DNA of 64,000 nucleotides from an uncultured Verrucomicrobiae bacterium (GCA_963837955.1 CAWIPH010000002.1:3456001-3520000), one strand, 5' to 3'; positions 21,291-31,311 are shown, counted from the stretch's first letter. Program-made: numbers and translations. The notes: generated by a model from the sequence alone, not told the origin.

Positions 21291-22043
21291 CTATCGGACA
21301 GGGGTTCGCACTTCACGGTTCACGGTTCGCCGGTTTCGGACACTGGACTCCCGCTTCCCACCCTTCAGCTTTTCCAACTCGGCAGCCCGCAACATCCGGA
21401 ACGCGCCTGGTTTAAGGCTTGGATCGACTAGTTGGCCTATCTTTGTTCGTTCCAAGCGTTTCACCTTATAGTCCAGCGCGGCAAATACTCGACGGACCTG
21501 TCGTTTGATCCCTTGCGTTAGCACGACACGAACCTGACGTGGATTGACCTTGTAGATCGCGTCAAATCGGGCCCTCCCTTCTGCCAAGTAAACTCCCTTT
21601 TTTACCTTCGCCGATTCCGCCATGTCGAAGTCGCGATCGAGAGTCACGAGATATTCCTTTGGTAATTTGTAGCGGGGATGAGTTAACCGAAGCGCCAACT
21701 CGCCGTCGTTTGTAAGCAACAACAATCCTTCAGACTCGAGATCCAACCGGCCGACATGCGCAAGTCTAGGCAAATGTTTTGGCAACAAGTCGTAGATTGT
21801 CGAGCGCGAACGATCGTCTGACTTGGTCGTCAAATATCCAGGCGGCTTGTTCAGCAACAGATAAACGAATTCCTGGGCTTTAACGATTTTGCCGTCGACT
21901 CGAACGTGATCCTCGGTCGTGACCTGGGTCGCCAGCTCCGTGCAAACCTTTCCGTTCACCGAAATTCGGCCCGCGCGGATGAGATCCTCCGCGCCGCGGC
22001 GGGAAGCTACTCCGGTCAATGCCAGAAATCGATTGAGGCGCAT
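21291..22043 (-). CDS. rRNA pseudouridine synthase (RsuA/RluB family, S4 domain)
   Basis: MRLNRFLA..SRR, NKPPG, VGRLDLESEGLLLLTNDG, HPRY. Confidence 0.93.
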   Translation of the reverse strand: MRLNRFLALTGVASRRGAEDLIRAGRISVNGKVCTELATQVTTEDHVRVDGKIVKAQEFVYLLLNKPPGYLTTKSDDRSRSTIYDLLPKHLPRLAHVGRLDLESEGLLLLTNDGELALRLTHPRYKLPKEYLVTLDRDFDMAESAKVKKGVYLAEGRARFDAIYKVNPRQVRVVLTQGIKRQVRRVFAALDYKVKRLERTKIGQLVDPSLKPGAFRMLRAAELEKLKGGKRESSVRNRRTVNREVRTPVR

Positions 22044-22098
22044 GGGAATAAAAAAAGCGCCGCATTACCGGCGCCTTTCGCAAACTTGTTGGGAGCGA

Positions 22099-22254
22099 TT
22101 AAGCGTCCGGCTTCGTCTTCGGCAAACCGATAACCCGGTCGCCAGGTTTAAATACCCCGCGTTTCTTCAGTAATTCGACCCTCTCGAAACGCTTGAGCAC
22201 GTTGCGCTTTGTCTGGATCGTACTGGCCCCTTTTAGACTCCGATGTTGTGACAT
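22099..22254 (-). CDS. Small basic protein (PVC superphylum signature protein), 51 aa, not in the ORF track
   Basis: Manual translation MSQHRSLKGASTIQTKRNVLKRFERVELLKKRGVFKPGDRVIGLPKTKPDA*; matches the MSxHxSL..RNVLKRxER..GLPK pattern. Confidence 0.9.
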   Translation of the reverse strand: MSQHRSLKGASTIQTKRNVLKRFERVELLKKRGVFKPGDRVIGLPKTKPDA

Positions 22255-22289
22255 GAAAGTACCTCGATTGGAACGCCGAAATTACCATA

Positions 22290-22520
22290 GTGATGACCAA
22301 TAGCAAATGGCCAATGGCAATTTGCCTATCGGCGATTTCATTCGGTAACCCTGGGCTTCCTAGGCTATGTTGAACCACGCCTTCCGCCTTCGTAAATCTA
22401 TCCCCCACAATCTTTGCAACGCAGGTCTACGGCGGACAAGTCGGCGCTCTAGCGAATACCGATCACCCATCACCGGCTCGCGACGAAGCCTTCTAGCTTC
22501 TAAATTCTAACTTCCAGCTT
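22290..22520. repeat. Degenerate family B REP plus heptamer tracts
   Basis: gtgatgaccaatagc..cggcgatttca shared with 10890-10945; acgccttcc..cggacaagtcggcg shared with 20698-20768. Confidence 0.6.
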
Positions 22521-22524
22521 CCGA

Positions 22525-23070
22525 TCAGATCAGGCCCAACTTCATTTTGCCGACTTCACTGATCATGTGCTGGTTCCAAGGCGGATCCCAAACCAGCTCA
22601 ACGGATGCCTCGTCTACGCCCGAGATTCCCAAAATCTTTAACTTGGCGTCTTGGGCAATGGCCGGACCCATCCCGCACCCCGGAGCGGTCAAAGTCATTT
22701 TCACGTCTACGCGCGTTCCCGCTTCCGGCGATTTCGTAACTTGGCAGTCGTAAACCAACCCAAGGTCCACGATGTTTACCGGGATTTCTGGATCATATAC
22801 TGTCCGAAGTAGATCCCATACTTCGGCTTCCTCTACGTCGCCGTTCGACCGTTCCCTTTCGTTTTGGTCGGCGCTGCGTTCCAGCCCTAAAACATCAGCG
22901 TCTTCCTCATTGATTCGAAAAAGCCCGTAATCACACGCAATCGTGTAGCTACCGCCCAGGTTTTGCGTGATGATGACCTTGGTACCTTTCGGAATCGTAG
23001 TTTTCAATCCAGCCGGAATTTGAATCGCTTCACAATCCCGCGACAATTCGATCTCGTTGTGGTCGCTCAT
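22525..23070 (-). CDS. sufT: Fe-S cluster assembly protein SufT (DUF59)
   Basis: LSRDCEA, YDPEIPVNIVDLGLVY, MTLTAPGCGMG, VWDPPW. Confidence 0.9.
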   Translation of the reverse strand: MSDHNEIELSRDCEAIQIPAGLKTTIPKGTKVIITQNLGGSYTIACDYGLFRINEEDADVLGLERSADQNERERSNGDVEEAEVWDLLRTVYDPEIPVNIVDLGLVYDCQVTKSPEAGTRVDVKMTLTAPGCGMGPAIAQDAKLKILGISGVDEASVELVWDPPWNQHMISEVGKMKLGLI

Positions 23071-23543
23071 TTGGAACTTTCTAAAACAATTTTCTTGGGT
23101 GTCGGAGATTGCTCCTGAAATTGCTGAAGCAATGTTGGAGCAACCGGTGATTGCTGCGGACTCTCCTCGGACGACAAGGCTGACCTCAGCGCTCCCTCAA
23201 CCAGTTGGGCACAATGAATCTTGACCGGCGGCAACGGCCCCAGGGGAGCTGACAATTCGGTGCTTCCCATGGACAACGCTTCTTCGGCGGTCTTGCCGGT
23301 AATGAGCTCCGTTGCCACACTCGCTACGGCGATCGCGGTCTCACAACCGAAAGTTTGGAAAGTCGCTCGATCAATGACCCGTTTGCCATCTTCCTCCTTG
23401 AATTTAATCCACATCCGCAACATGTCGCCACAATCGGCGTTCCCGACGGTACCCACTGCATCGGCGCCCTCGAGCTCACCCAGGTTCTTTGGGCTTTTAA
23501 TCGCTTCTTCAATCCGACGGGAAATATCTTCGGGCGCGCTCAT
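23067..23543 (-). CDS. IscU/NifU-N-like Fe-S scaffold
   Basis: PKNLGEL, CGD, FQTFGC, LPPVKIHC (three scaffold cysteines). Confidence 0.9.
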   Translation of the reverse strand: MSAPEDISRRIEEAIKSPKNLGELEGADAVGTVGNADCGDMLRMWIKFKEEDGKRVIDRATFQTFGCETAIAVASVATELITGKTAEEALSMGSTELSAPLGPLPPVKIHCAQLVEGALRSALSSEESPQQSPVAPTLLQQFQEQSPTPKKIVLESSK

Positions 23544-23545
23544 TT

Positions 23546-24100
23546 TTACTCCAGATGGTAACGGGGCAGTGCGGGATCGATGCGAACACTCCAGGCATCG
23601 ATACCGCCGGCTAAGGATTTCGCCTCAGTGAATCCATGACCGGCGAAAAACGCGGCTGCATCTAGACTGCGGACCCCGTGATGACAAACAAACACAATGT
23701 CGCGCTCTTTCGGCCAGGAAGTAAGCATTTCTTGCATAAGCTCCTGCGTGAGGAACTGTGACTCGTCCAGGTGGACAGCGTCCCATTCTTCCCGGCTCCG
23801 GACATCAACGATTGCGAGATCGGCTCCGGATCCATCTTTGAGCCGTAGCGATAGATCTTCCGGCTCGATCTGCATTTTCTGCTCAGCATCGTGCGCAGAA
23901 AGAATTGTTTCGATTACTTGATCGACCGGCAAGTCGTTGTTCCGTTGACAAACCTGAGCCAAGGTCTCGTCTGACCGGAAGCCGCAACTCGAGCAACCGC
24001 CAATATGATAAGCCCGAAACAAAGCCCTCTGGGCGCCCGGAAACTCCTGCAACAAGTCGGACATCGTCACGTCCGGATCGATGGTTCGCGTTTGACTCAC
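23546..24100 (-). CDS. Rhodanese-domain protein with N-terminal Cys-containing (DUF1858-like) domain
   Basis: HIGGCSSC..ETL; DVRSREEW, CHHGVRS, SLAGGIDAWS..DPALPRY; GTG start inferred. Confidence 0.85.
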   Translation of the reverse strand: MSQTRTIDPDVTMSDLLQEFPGAQRALFRAYHIGGCSSCGFRSDETLAQVCQRNNDLPVDQVIETILSAHDAEQKMQIEPEDLSLRLKDGSGADLAIVDVRSREEWDAVHLDESQFLTQELMQEMLTSWPKERDIVFVCHHGVRSLDAAAFFAGHGFTEAKSLAGGIDAWSVRIDPALPRYHLE

Positions 24101-24194
24101 AAGGAGTACGCTTGCACGGCAGGGAACTAAAAGCAAAGGCTGTGAGCCAATTCAGGGTCGCACTCCCCACGACAAGTTAGGATCTCAAAATCCA

Positions 24195-24551
24195 ATGTCC
24201 ACTCTCAAATATATCTGCCAGCGCTGCACGAATTGCTGTCGCTGGCCCGGCTTTGTGCGCTTGACCGACGAAGATATCGCCAGAATCGCTGCATACCTCG
24301 AGCAATCCGAATTCCGTTTCATTCAAAACTACACGCGGCTCAGGCCGCACCGGGACGGTTTGGCACTGAAGGACAGGGTGGACGGGAGTTGCATTTTCCT
24401 AAACGGACGAAATTGCGCTATCCACGACGTCAAGCCCGCGCAATGTGCCGGCTTCCCTAATGAATGGCAGTTTCCCGATTGGCGAACTGTCTGCGAGGCT
24501 GTTCCGGTCGAGGCACCCGAAGATGAACGACAAACGGCAAATGAGATATGA
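24195..24551 (+). CDS. YkgJ family cysteine-cluster protein
   Basis: CQRCTNCC..CIFL..CAIHDVKPAQCAGFP. Confidence 0.9.
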   Translation: MSTLKYICQRCTNCCRWPGFVRLTDEDIARIAAYLEQSEFRFIQNYTRLRPHRDGLALKDRVDGSCIFLNGRNCAIHDVKPAQCAGFPNEWQFPDWRTVCEAVPVEAPEDERQTANEI

Positions 24552-25402
24552 CAAATAATCGGCGGAATGGCTGTTCCGCGCGGCCGTGGGCCATTTGCCC
24601 ACCCGTCATTTCTCCACGCACCGCCGCTGCCCCTATCGGCCTGAGCCGGAAAATAGGGCTTCTCTTCTAGACTGCGCCGGACCAACCGCCGCACGACCGC
24701 CACGTCCTGCAGCATTTTCAGACTGTCGCTCACTACCCGCACTTTGGAGTCAGGGGAATTCGACCAATGCACCGGCATCTCCATCACGTTGAAACCCAAT
24801 GCTCTTGCCAATAGCAACACCTCGACATCGAAAGAAAATCCATCGGTTTTCTGCCGTTGAAAAATGGCCTGACACGCGGTCTGCCGAAATCCTTTGAAAC
24901 CGCATTGCGTGTCTCGGATCTTGATTCCGGCCAACCAACGCACCAGACCGTTAAAGGTCTTTCCCATCCGTTCCCGCATCCAGCTTTGATGCTGAATAAT
25001 CTCGCTGTCCGGATGTTGGCGATTGCCCACCAGGAGTTGCAGATCGCGCTCGGACTCGAAAACTGCCAAAGCGCGGTCTATCTCATACAATGGAGTACTT
25101 AGGTCGGCGTCGGTAAAAAATACCAGCTCTCCGGTGCTGGCTAGCATTCCGGACCGGACAGCGAACCCTTTGCCTCGATGTACCCGGTTCCCGATAACCT
25201 TTAATTGCGGAAAGGTTTTGGTGGCCGCTTGAGCTATCGCGAGTGTCTGATCAGTACTAGATTCTACGACGATTATAACCTCGAATCGAAAAGTCCAGCG
25301 GCTGCAATGTTCCTTGAGCGCCCGCAGGGTTTCCGGCAATCGCCGCGCCTCATTGTAAGCCGGAATTACGAGTGAGAGGTGAGGCAGAATCTGTGTGGAC
25401 AT
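24329..25402 (-). CDS. GT2 polyprenol-phosphate glycosyltransferase (dolichyl-phosphate beta-glucosyltransferase-like)
   Basis: LSLVIPAYNE, GKGFAVRSG, FTDADLSTP, DTQCGFKGF, FSFDVE; C-terminal tail overlaps the ykgJ-like gene, so the end is uncertain. Confidence 0.9.
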   Translation of the reverse strand: MSTQILPHLSLVIPAYNEARRLPETLRALKEHCSRWTFRFEVIIVVESSTDQTLAIAQAATKTFPQLKVIGNRVHRGKGFAVRSGMLASTGELVFFTDADLSTPLYEIDRALAVFESERDLQLLVGNRQHPDSEIIQHQSWMRERMGKTFNGLVRWLAGIKIRDTQCGFKGFRQTACQAIFQRQKTDGFSFDVEVLLLARALGFNVMEMPVHWSNSPDSKVRVVSDSLKMLQDVAVVRRLVRRSLEEKPYFPAQADRGSGGAWRNDGWANGPRPRGTAIPPIICHISFAVCRSSSGASTGTASQTVRQSGNCHSLGKPAHCAGLTSWIAQFRPFRKMQLPSTLSFSAKPSRCGLSRV

Positions 25403-25495
25403 GTCGCGGAGTTCGCATAATATCACCGCCTCTGTGGCGTCGGACACCTGGCGCGCTCCGTGCGTGCCGAGTTCACCGCCTCCTAAACGCAAGAA

Positions 25496-27106
25496 ATGAT
25501 CAGACGTCAACTTTTAATTCCGCTCCTCATTCTGCTGGTTGCCGCGATTGTCCGGTTGATTTTTTTGGACATCAAGCCCCCGCACTTCGACGAAGGGATC
25601 AATGGTTGGTTCTGCGATCAGATGGCCGCCCAAGGTTTTTACAAGTACGATCCGGCTAATTACCACGGCCCTCTTCACTTTTACGTGCTCCGGCTCTTCT
25701 TGACGTTGTTCGGCCGGAACCTCTGGGCATTACGATTGCCGACCGTTTTAGTGGGAATAGCGGGAGTTGGTTTCACTTTTCTTTTCAGCCGGTTCTTCGG
25801 AAAAGTTGTCACCTATATCGCCGCGTTCGCTATGGCGATCTCTCCTGCCTTCGTCTTTTACGAACGGTACGCCATCCACGAAACCTGGTTAGTCTTATTC
25901 CTGCTGATCACACTTTGGGGTCTTCTGTGCTGGTACTCAGATCCCACCCCGTGGAGTGTCTGGGCTACCATCCTGGGAATCACCGGGATGATTCTTACAA
26001 AAGAGACCTACGTCATTCATCTGCTTGCTTTCGCGCTCGCAGCTTTCTTCGCTTGGATAATTGGATTGATTCGCCCGCCGTCCGAACCGATCGAACGAAC
26101 CCGCGCTCGGATACCCTGGGCCCACGTCGGCGTCGCAACCGGGGTCGGCCTCGCCCTGATTATTTTTTTCTATTCCGGAAATTTTCTGAATTGGTCCGGA
26201 CTGACGGGCCTTTATCGAACGTTCTCTCACTGGCTAAACACCGGAGTAGGCGCCCAATCCGGTCACGAAAAACCAGACTACGATATCTCGGTCGTTCCCC
26301 ACTTTCTCCGGCACGTTCCGGTTCTGGCCAGTTTGGCGAAGATCAAATTAAATTGGTATTGGATCAAATTACTGGCGGTCTATGAGTGGATAGCTATTGC
26401 GGGCCTCGTTTTCTCCGTTCGTTACCTCGTTGGCGGCAAGGGGGCTCTTCGGTATCTCGCAATCTACGCATGGGGCGTCTTGTTCGCCTATAGCATCATC
26501 GCTTACAAGACACCTTGGTGCATTATTTCGATCGAATGGCCGTTCCTGTTTCTGGCCGGCGATTGCTTGGTTTTCTTCTGGAAATTGTTTCCCAGATACG
26601 TCAAGCCGCTCGCTGTGGCCGGAGCCCTTCCGCTTTTCGGCTTAATGGGGTATCGCTCCTATTTTGTGAATTACGTCCGGTACGATAATCCGAAAGAAAT
26701 GTACGCGTACGTGCAAACGTACCGCGACTACCAGAAATTCGTAGATCCGATCGTTAAAAAAGGCCAGAAAGACTCTGCCGCCAAGGTCCGGCTTCGAGGA
26801 TTGATCCTGCTCAAGAGTTACTTCCCAATACCGTGGGTGATCGACGAGTTTCGCAACGTCGCATACTACGAGAATGGAGACGAAAAGTGGCCCGACAATG
26901 TCGATGCAGATTTCATCGCCGTGGACGGTTCCGATTTTGAGGATCTTGAGTATCGACTCAAGCAACGTTATTTCGTCACCGAATTCCGGCTCAGAGATGG
27001 GATGGACCCGTGCAGAGCCTATTTTCGATACGACACATTCAAGGATATTTTCCCGGGGCGAACTCCCGAATTTGAACCAGTAGCAGCGTCGGAATCATCG
27101 GAATGA
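25496..27106 (+). CDS. GT-C (PMT_2/GT39-like) membrane protein, TIGR03663/Agl23-like
   Basis: PHFDEG, YKYDPANYHGP, RYAIHE, TKET, YKTPW, YAYVQT; many TM segments. Confidence 0.8.
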   Translation: MIRRQLLIPLLILLVAAIVRLIFLDIKPPHFDEGINGWFCDQMAAQGFYKYDPANYHGPLHFYVLRLFLTLFGRNLWALRLPTVLVGIAGVGFTFLFSRFFGKVVTYIAAFAMAISPAFVFYERYAIHETWLVLFLLITLWGLLCWYSDPTPWSVWATILGITGMILTKETYVIHLLAFALAAFFAWIIGLIRPPSEPIERTRARIPWAHVGVATGVGLALIIFFYSGNFLNWSGLTGLYRTFSHWLNTGVGAQSGHEKPDYDISVVPHFLRHVPVLASLAKIKLNWYWIKLLAVYEWIAIAGLVFSVRYLVGGKGALRYLAIYAWGVLFAYSIIAYKTPWCIISIEWPFLFLAGDCLVFFWKLFPRYVKPLAVAGALPLFGLMGYRSYFVNYVRYDNPKEMYAYVQTYRDYQKFVDPIVKKGQKDSAAKVRLRGLILLKSYFPIPWVIDEFRNVAYYENGDEKWPDNVDADFIAVDGSDFEDLEYRLKQRYFVTEFRLRDGMDPCRAYFRYDTFKDIFPGRTPEFEPVAASESSE

Positions 27107-28830
27107 AATTTTCGCTCGTTGTTCTGGCCTGGATCGCGATCGCTACCTGTCTTGGCATCGCCTTTGGCTATTCTCCGTTAGGGTTGACTCCCTTGACCGC
27201 AATGATTTCGCTAGCGGGCGGATTTATTCTTGCAGCGATCGGAGTGTTGTTTGAGCGGAAACCATTCTTCTCACCATTCGAGAAAGTGCAGATCACCGGA
27301 GTGATCTGTGCATTGATCTTTCTCGCGTTTGCGGCCCGCGTATTCCTCCAACTGATCTGGACAGAAGACGGCACGATTAAGGTGCTTTCTCCGAATAATC
27401 TCGGCGACATCTGCCTGCATTTGACACACATCAATTTTCTGGCTTCGAACCCCCAATTCTGGCCAGAGAATCCGATCTATGCGTTTGACCAGCTTCGCTA
27501 TCCGGTCGGAATAGATCTGTTCAACGCGGAACTCAAACTGGTCGGGATCGAGCCGCGACTTGGAATGATTCTCATCGCGCTGCTTTGCTCTGTCGTTACG
27601 CTCCGTTCGCTATTCCTTTTCGGCGGGCCGTTCATTGTAGCTGCATTTTTGTTCAACGGAGGACTGGCTGGATTCCAATTTTTTCACGGCTGGGAGCTTC
27701 AGGACTTTCAAGCAAAACTGCCATGGGCGTCGATTCCGTTGGCCTTGTTTGTAACGCAACGCGGGTTGCTCTATGCCATCCCCGCCGGACTACTGTTGCT
27801 TACGCACTGGCGATCCCTCTTTTCGGACAGACCGGAAGCGGTTCGATTGCCTTGGTGGGGCGAATGCTTGTTGTACGCCACCATGCCTGTATTCCATCTG
27901 CACACTTTTATCTTTCTCTCCTTCTTGCTGCTTTGGTGGTTTTTGTTCGGCAATCCAAACTGGCGCCTGCACCTCGTCAGGCTGGTGGCTCTTTCCATCA
28001 TACCAGCAACTCTCCTTGTTTATTGCGTTACTGGCTTCGGCAAAACCGACGCTCTGGCTTGGCAGCCAGGTTGGATGAATCCCGCCAACGAGTCGCCCTG
28101 GTGGTTTTGGTTCAACAATTTCGGTTTCGTGTTGCCGCTTTCGTTGGCTCTCCTCGTCTATCTTTGTATCCCGGAGGGAAACGATATCTACAAGAGCAAG
28201 ACTGTGCTTCGTCGCTTCTTCTTTCCGGCCGTCGTCGCTTTTGTTGCTTGCGCGTTGATTCGCTTTGCTCCGTGGGCCTGGGACAACACGAAACTATTTT
28301 TCTGGGCCTATATGCTCTTAATGTATTGCATCTGGGAAGCGTTTCTCCGCCGCTGGCATCCAGCGATTCGCATCCCGATCTTTATAGCCCTATTTTTTTC
28401 CGGTTTTATCAGTTTAGCGGGAGGCTTGGCGCCGAGCCAGGAAAACGGTTACGACATTGGTGAAGAAGCTGAATGGAACGGCGTTGCCGATAGCCTCAAA
28501 AATTTCTCGCCGGAAGCTGTTTTTGCGACTTATCCCACCTATGACCATCCGGTTTTAGTAACAGGCCATCGCGCAGTTCTTGGCTATGAAGGCCACCTTT
28601 GGAGCCACGGTCTAGATTATCGCTCCTATCTCGAGCTGCTGAATAAAGGAATGTTAGGTCAATCGGGTTGGGAAGATGCTTTTCGCGAGTTAAATGCCGA
28701 CTACTTGTTCTGGGGTAACTTTGAAGAAGAGAACTACCAGGGCACGACTCGGGCCTGGGAGCACCTGCCGACCGTCTCCGAGTCGCCCTGGGGTCGAGTT
28801 TACGATTTGCGTGGTCTGAAAACACATTGA
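27103..28830 (+). CDS. Polytopic membrane protein, probable GT-C-fold glycosyltransferase
   Basis: Many TM segments; GDxxxH, WPENP..YP, WDNTKL, GHLWSHGLDY; overlaps the upstream stop (ATGA). Confidence 0.6.
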   Translation: MKFSLVVLAWIAIATCLGIAFGYSPLGLTPLTAMISLAGGFILAAIGVLFERKPFFSPFEKVQITGVICALIFLAFAARVFLQLIWTEDGTIKVLSPNNLGDICLHLTHINFLASNPQFWPENPIYAFDQLRYPVGIDLFNAELKLVGIEPRLGMILIALLCSVVTLRSLFLFGGPFIVAAFLFNGGLAGFQFFHGWELQDFQAKLPWASIPLALFVTQRGLLYAIPAGLLLLTHWRSLFSDRPEAVRLPWWGECLLYATMPVFHLHTFIFLSFLLLWWFLFGNPNWRLHLVRLVALSIIPATLLVYCVTGFGKTDALAWQPGWMNPANESPWWFWFNNFGFVLPLSLALLVYLCIPEGNDIYKSKTVLRRFFFPAVVAFVACALIRFAPWAWDNTKLFFWAYMLLMYCIWEAFLRRWHPAIRIPIFIALFFSGFISLAGGLAPSQENGYDIGEEAEWNGVADSLKNFSPEAVFATYPTYDHPVLVTGHRAVLGYEGHLWSHGLDYRSYLELLNKGMLGQSGWEDAFRELNADYLFWGNFEEENYQGTTRAWEHLPTVSESPWGRVYDLRGLKTH

Positions 28831-28915
28831 AGCGATCGTCATTGTTCCGCAGAGACGCAATGAAGTAGCCCAATCCCGCGGCTGCGCATGCGCGTCAAAA
28901 ACATAAGGCCGACGT

Positions 28916-28985
28916 CTGGTCTTCTGCCCCAGGGAGGGCGCGCGTCCTCGTGCGCCGCGGATCGCGAGGACGCGATCCCTCCCGC
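28916..28985. repeat. REP-like palindrome, family A
   Basis: gggagggcgcgcgtcctcgtgcgccgcggatcgcgaggacgcgatccctccc between convergent genes. Confidence 0.85.
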
Positions 28986-28996
28986 CCAGGGCGCGC

Positions 28997-29797
28997 TCAG
29001 ATCGCTTTTTGACCACTCGCTATGTCGTTAGCTGCCGGCGGGAACAGCACCAGTTGCTTTACCGCCGACTTTTGGCCCACGTAATTGGGGATACCAAATC
29101 CGCCTTTCACATGATCCCGGCCGGTGAGCACCAAGAGCTTCGTCTTTGGATGAGTTCGCCTGAATTCTAATATCGTTTTCGCCATGGTTTGATCCCAGAG
29201 ATTCTGCGCAGCGAAGAAGCGCGATAAATCAGCTTCCTGCATCCCCGGATGCTCGCCTAACAGCTGAACGAAATTTTGGTAAGCACCTGCCGGAATCGTA
29301 AACTCGGTCGGAATCTTGTTCGATTCTTCAGGAGATAACTGCTCTCCACGGGCGACCTTGTGTGCTAGCTCCGAAGAAGCGTTTAGTGCAACGTTCTTTA
29401 TTTTTGCTTTACCGTTCGTCCGCAAGATCTCCGCGTACAACGGAGAATACGTTCCCCAAGATTTTTGGAGGCCGGTCTGTGCGACCATGTCGTCGAGCGA
29501 AAGTTTCCGCTGATCGAACCGATCCAACTCCGTTTGCTGGCTTCGATCGAACATTTCCCAACCGACCGCGAAACGTATTCCCCGACGGATCATTCCCCGG
29601 ATCAACTCGAGTTCGTACTCATGGTTGCTTCGATCATCGTGCACCTCGCCGACGTAAATCACATCGGCAACTGCAACTCCCCGCCAGAACTCCGCATCGT
29701 TTTGTGCGGTCGCGGACGATTTCACCCCGGAGTGAACAGCACAGGAACATAGGCTAAACGCCAAAAAGAATGCGGGACCTATCGACCATTGCTTCAT
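28997..29797 (-). CDS. ChaN family lipoprotein (haem-binding uptake/DUF399)
   Basis: Lipobox-like LCSC; YVGEVHD, GWEMF, AQNLWDQTMA, GRDHV..GIP; start MKQWS inferred. Confidence 0.82.
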   Translation of the reverse strand: MKQWSIGPAFFLAFSLCSCAVHSGVKSSATAQNDAEFWRGVAVADVIYVGEVHDDRSNHEYELELIRGMIRRGIRFAVGWEMFDRSQQTELDRFDQRKLSLDDMVAQTGLQKSWGTYSPLYAEILRTNGKAKIKNVALNASSELAHKVARGEQLSPEESNKIPTEFTIPAGAYQNFVQLLGEHPGMQEADLSRFFAAQNLWDQTMAKTILEFRRTHPKTKLLVLTGRDHVKGGFGIPNYVGQKSAVKQLVLFPPAANDIASGQKAI

Positions 29798-29892
29798 ATT
29801 GCTCGGCGAAACGCCAACCCTCGTCATCAGGAGAAGGCTACGCAAGTTCCGATCATCTTGATTGCGACCTTCTTTCGGTAAACCGTAGCCGC

Positions 29893-31311
29893 ATGGCGTC
29901 TTTCGATCTGATCGTACTTGGCGGTGGCCCAGCTGGATACACCGGTGCAATTCGGGCGGCCCAACTCGGCCTTAACACCGCGATAATCGACAAACGCGAA
30001 GTGCTTGGGGGAACCTGCCTTAACATCGGATGTATCCCCAGCAAAGCGCTTCTCGTTTCCTCCGATCACGTCCGTTTCGCTCAACATCAAGCTGAACGTC
30101 ACGGGTTGAAGCTCGAAAAAATTAGCGTCGATCTCGGCAAGATGATGCAGCGCAAAAAGAATGTGGTGCGCCAGCTCACCCAAGGAGTGGAATTCCTGAT
30201 GAAGAAAAACAAGATTACCCGCCTGCGCGGCGCCGGCCAGGTGGTCGCACCCGGGAAACTCGCCTTGACCAGGCCAGACGGCGGGACCGAAGAGCACACT
30301 GCCAAACATATTATCCTGGCCACCGGCAGTGTACCGATGGACCTACCCAATATTACCTTGGATGGTGAAATCGTCGTCACGAGTGAAGAAGCACTTTCCT
30401 TCGCCAAGGTTCCTGAGGAACTGCTGGTGATCGGCGCCGGAGCGATCGGTTTGGAAATGGGCTCGGTCTGGTCACGCCTCGGAAGCAAAGTCACGATCAT
30501 CGAATTCCTGCCGCGAATCGCAGCCTTTCTTGATCTCGATGTATCGCAAGCGCTGCAGAAGAGCCTGGAAGCCGAAGGGATCACATTCTACCTCGAGACC
30601 CTCGTGAACTCGGTTGCGATCCAAAAGGGAACAGCCATTATCTCGGCCCAAGGCAAGGATAAGCAACCGATCCAACTAAAGGCCAGTAAGGTACTGGTGG
30701 CGGTAGGCCGAAAACCGTATGTGGAAGGAGCAGTCGCCAAGGACCTCGGGCTCCGGCTCACTGACCGAGGACGAGTTGCCGTCGATCAACATTTCCGCAC
30801 TAATTTGCCCGGATTATACGCCGTTGGCGATGTGATCGATGGCCCGATGTTGGCCCATAAAGGAGAGGAAGATGGAAGTGCTTGCGTGGAGCTCATCGCT
30901 GGCAAGGCCGGCCACGTAAATTACGACATTGTCCCAAACATTATTTACACCAATCCAGAAGCAGCCAGCGTTGGCTTGACCGAAGAAGCAGCTAAGCAAC
31001 AGGACCGAAAAGTGAAGATCGGAAAGTTCCCTTTCGTTGCTAATGGTCGCGCGCTGGCTAATGATCAGACGTTCGGTTTTGTGAAGATCTTGGCTGATGC
31101 TCGCACGGATAAACTGCTGGGCGCACAGATATTGGGTGGCTGCGCATCAGAGCTAATTCCAGAGGTGGTCAGTGTAATGGAGTTCGGCGGTAGTGCGGAA
31201 GATATAGGGCGTACGATTCACGCTCACCCAACGATGAGCGAAGCCGTGAAGGAAGCGGCGCTGGCAGTCGACGACCTTGCATTTTCAGTTCCTCCCAGGC
31301 AGAGAGGTTGA
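29893..31311 (+). CDS. lpdA: Dihydrolipoyl dehydrogenase
   Basis: GGGPAGY, GGTCLNIGCIPSK, GAGAIGLE, MLAHK, HAHPTMSE. Confidence 0.97.
   Translation: MASFDLIVLGGGPAGYTGAIRAAQLGLNTAIIDKREVLGGTCLNIGCIPSKALLVSSDHVRFAQHQAERHGLKLEKISVDLGKMMQRKKNVVRQLTQGVEFLMKKNKITRLRGAGQVVAPGKLALTRPDGGTEEHTAKHIILATGSVPMDLPNITLDGEIVVTSEEALSFAKVPEELLVIGAGAIGLEMGSVWSRLGSKVTIIEFLPRIAAFLDLDVSQALQKSLEAEGITFYLETLVNSVAIQKGTAIISAQGKDKQPIQLKASKVLVAVGRKPYVEGAVAKDLGLRLTDRGRVAVDQHFRTNLPGLYAVGDVIDGPMLAHKGEEDGSACVELIAGKAGHVNYDIVPNIIYTNPEAASVGLTEEAAKQQDRKVKIGKFPFVANGRALANDQTFGFVKILADARTDKLLGAQILGGCASELIPEVVSVMEFGGSAEDIGRTIHAHPTMSEAVKEAALAVDDLAFSVPPRQRG

Noticed and set aside
27585..28463. 292-aa alternative-frame ORF and other long shadow ORFs (e.g. 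16280-16888, 43584-44318)
   Set aside because: Almost entirely overlap well-supported genes and have no motifs
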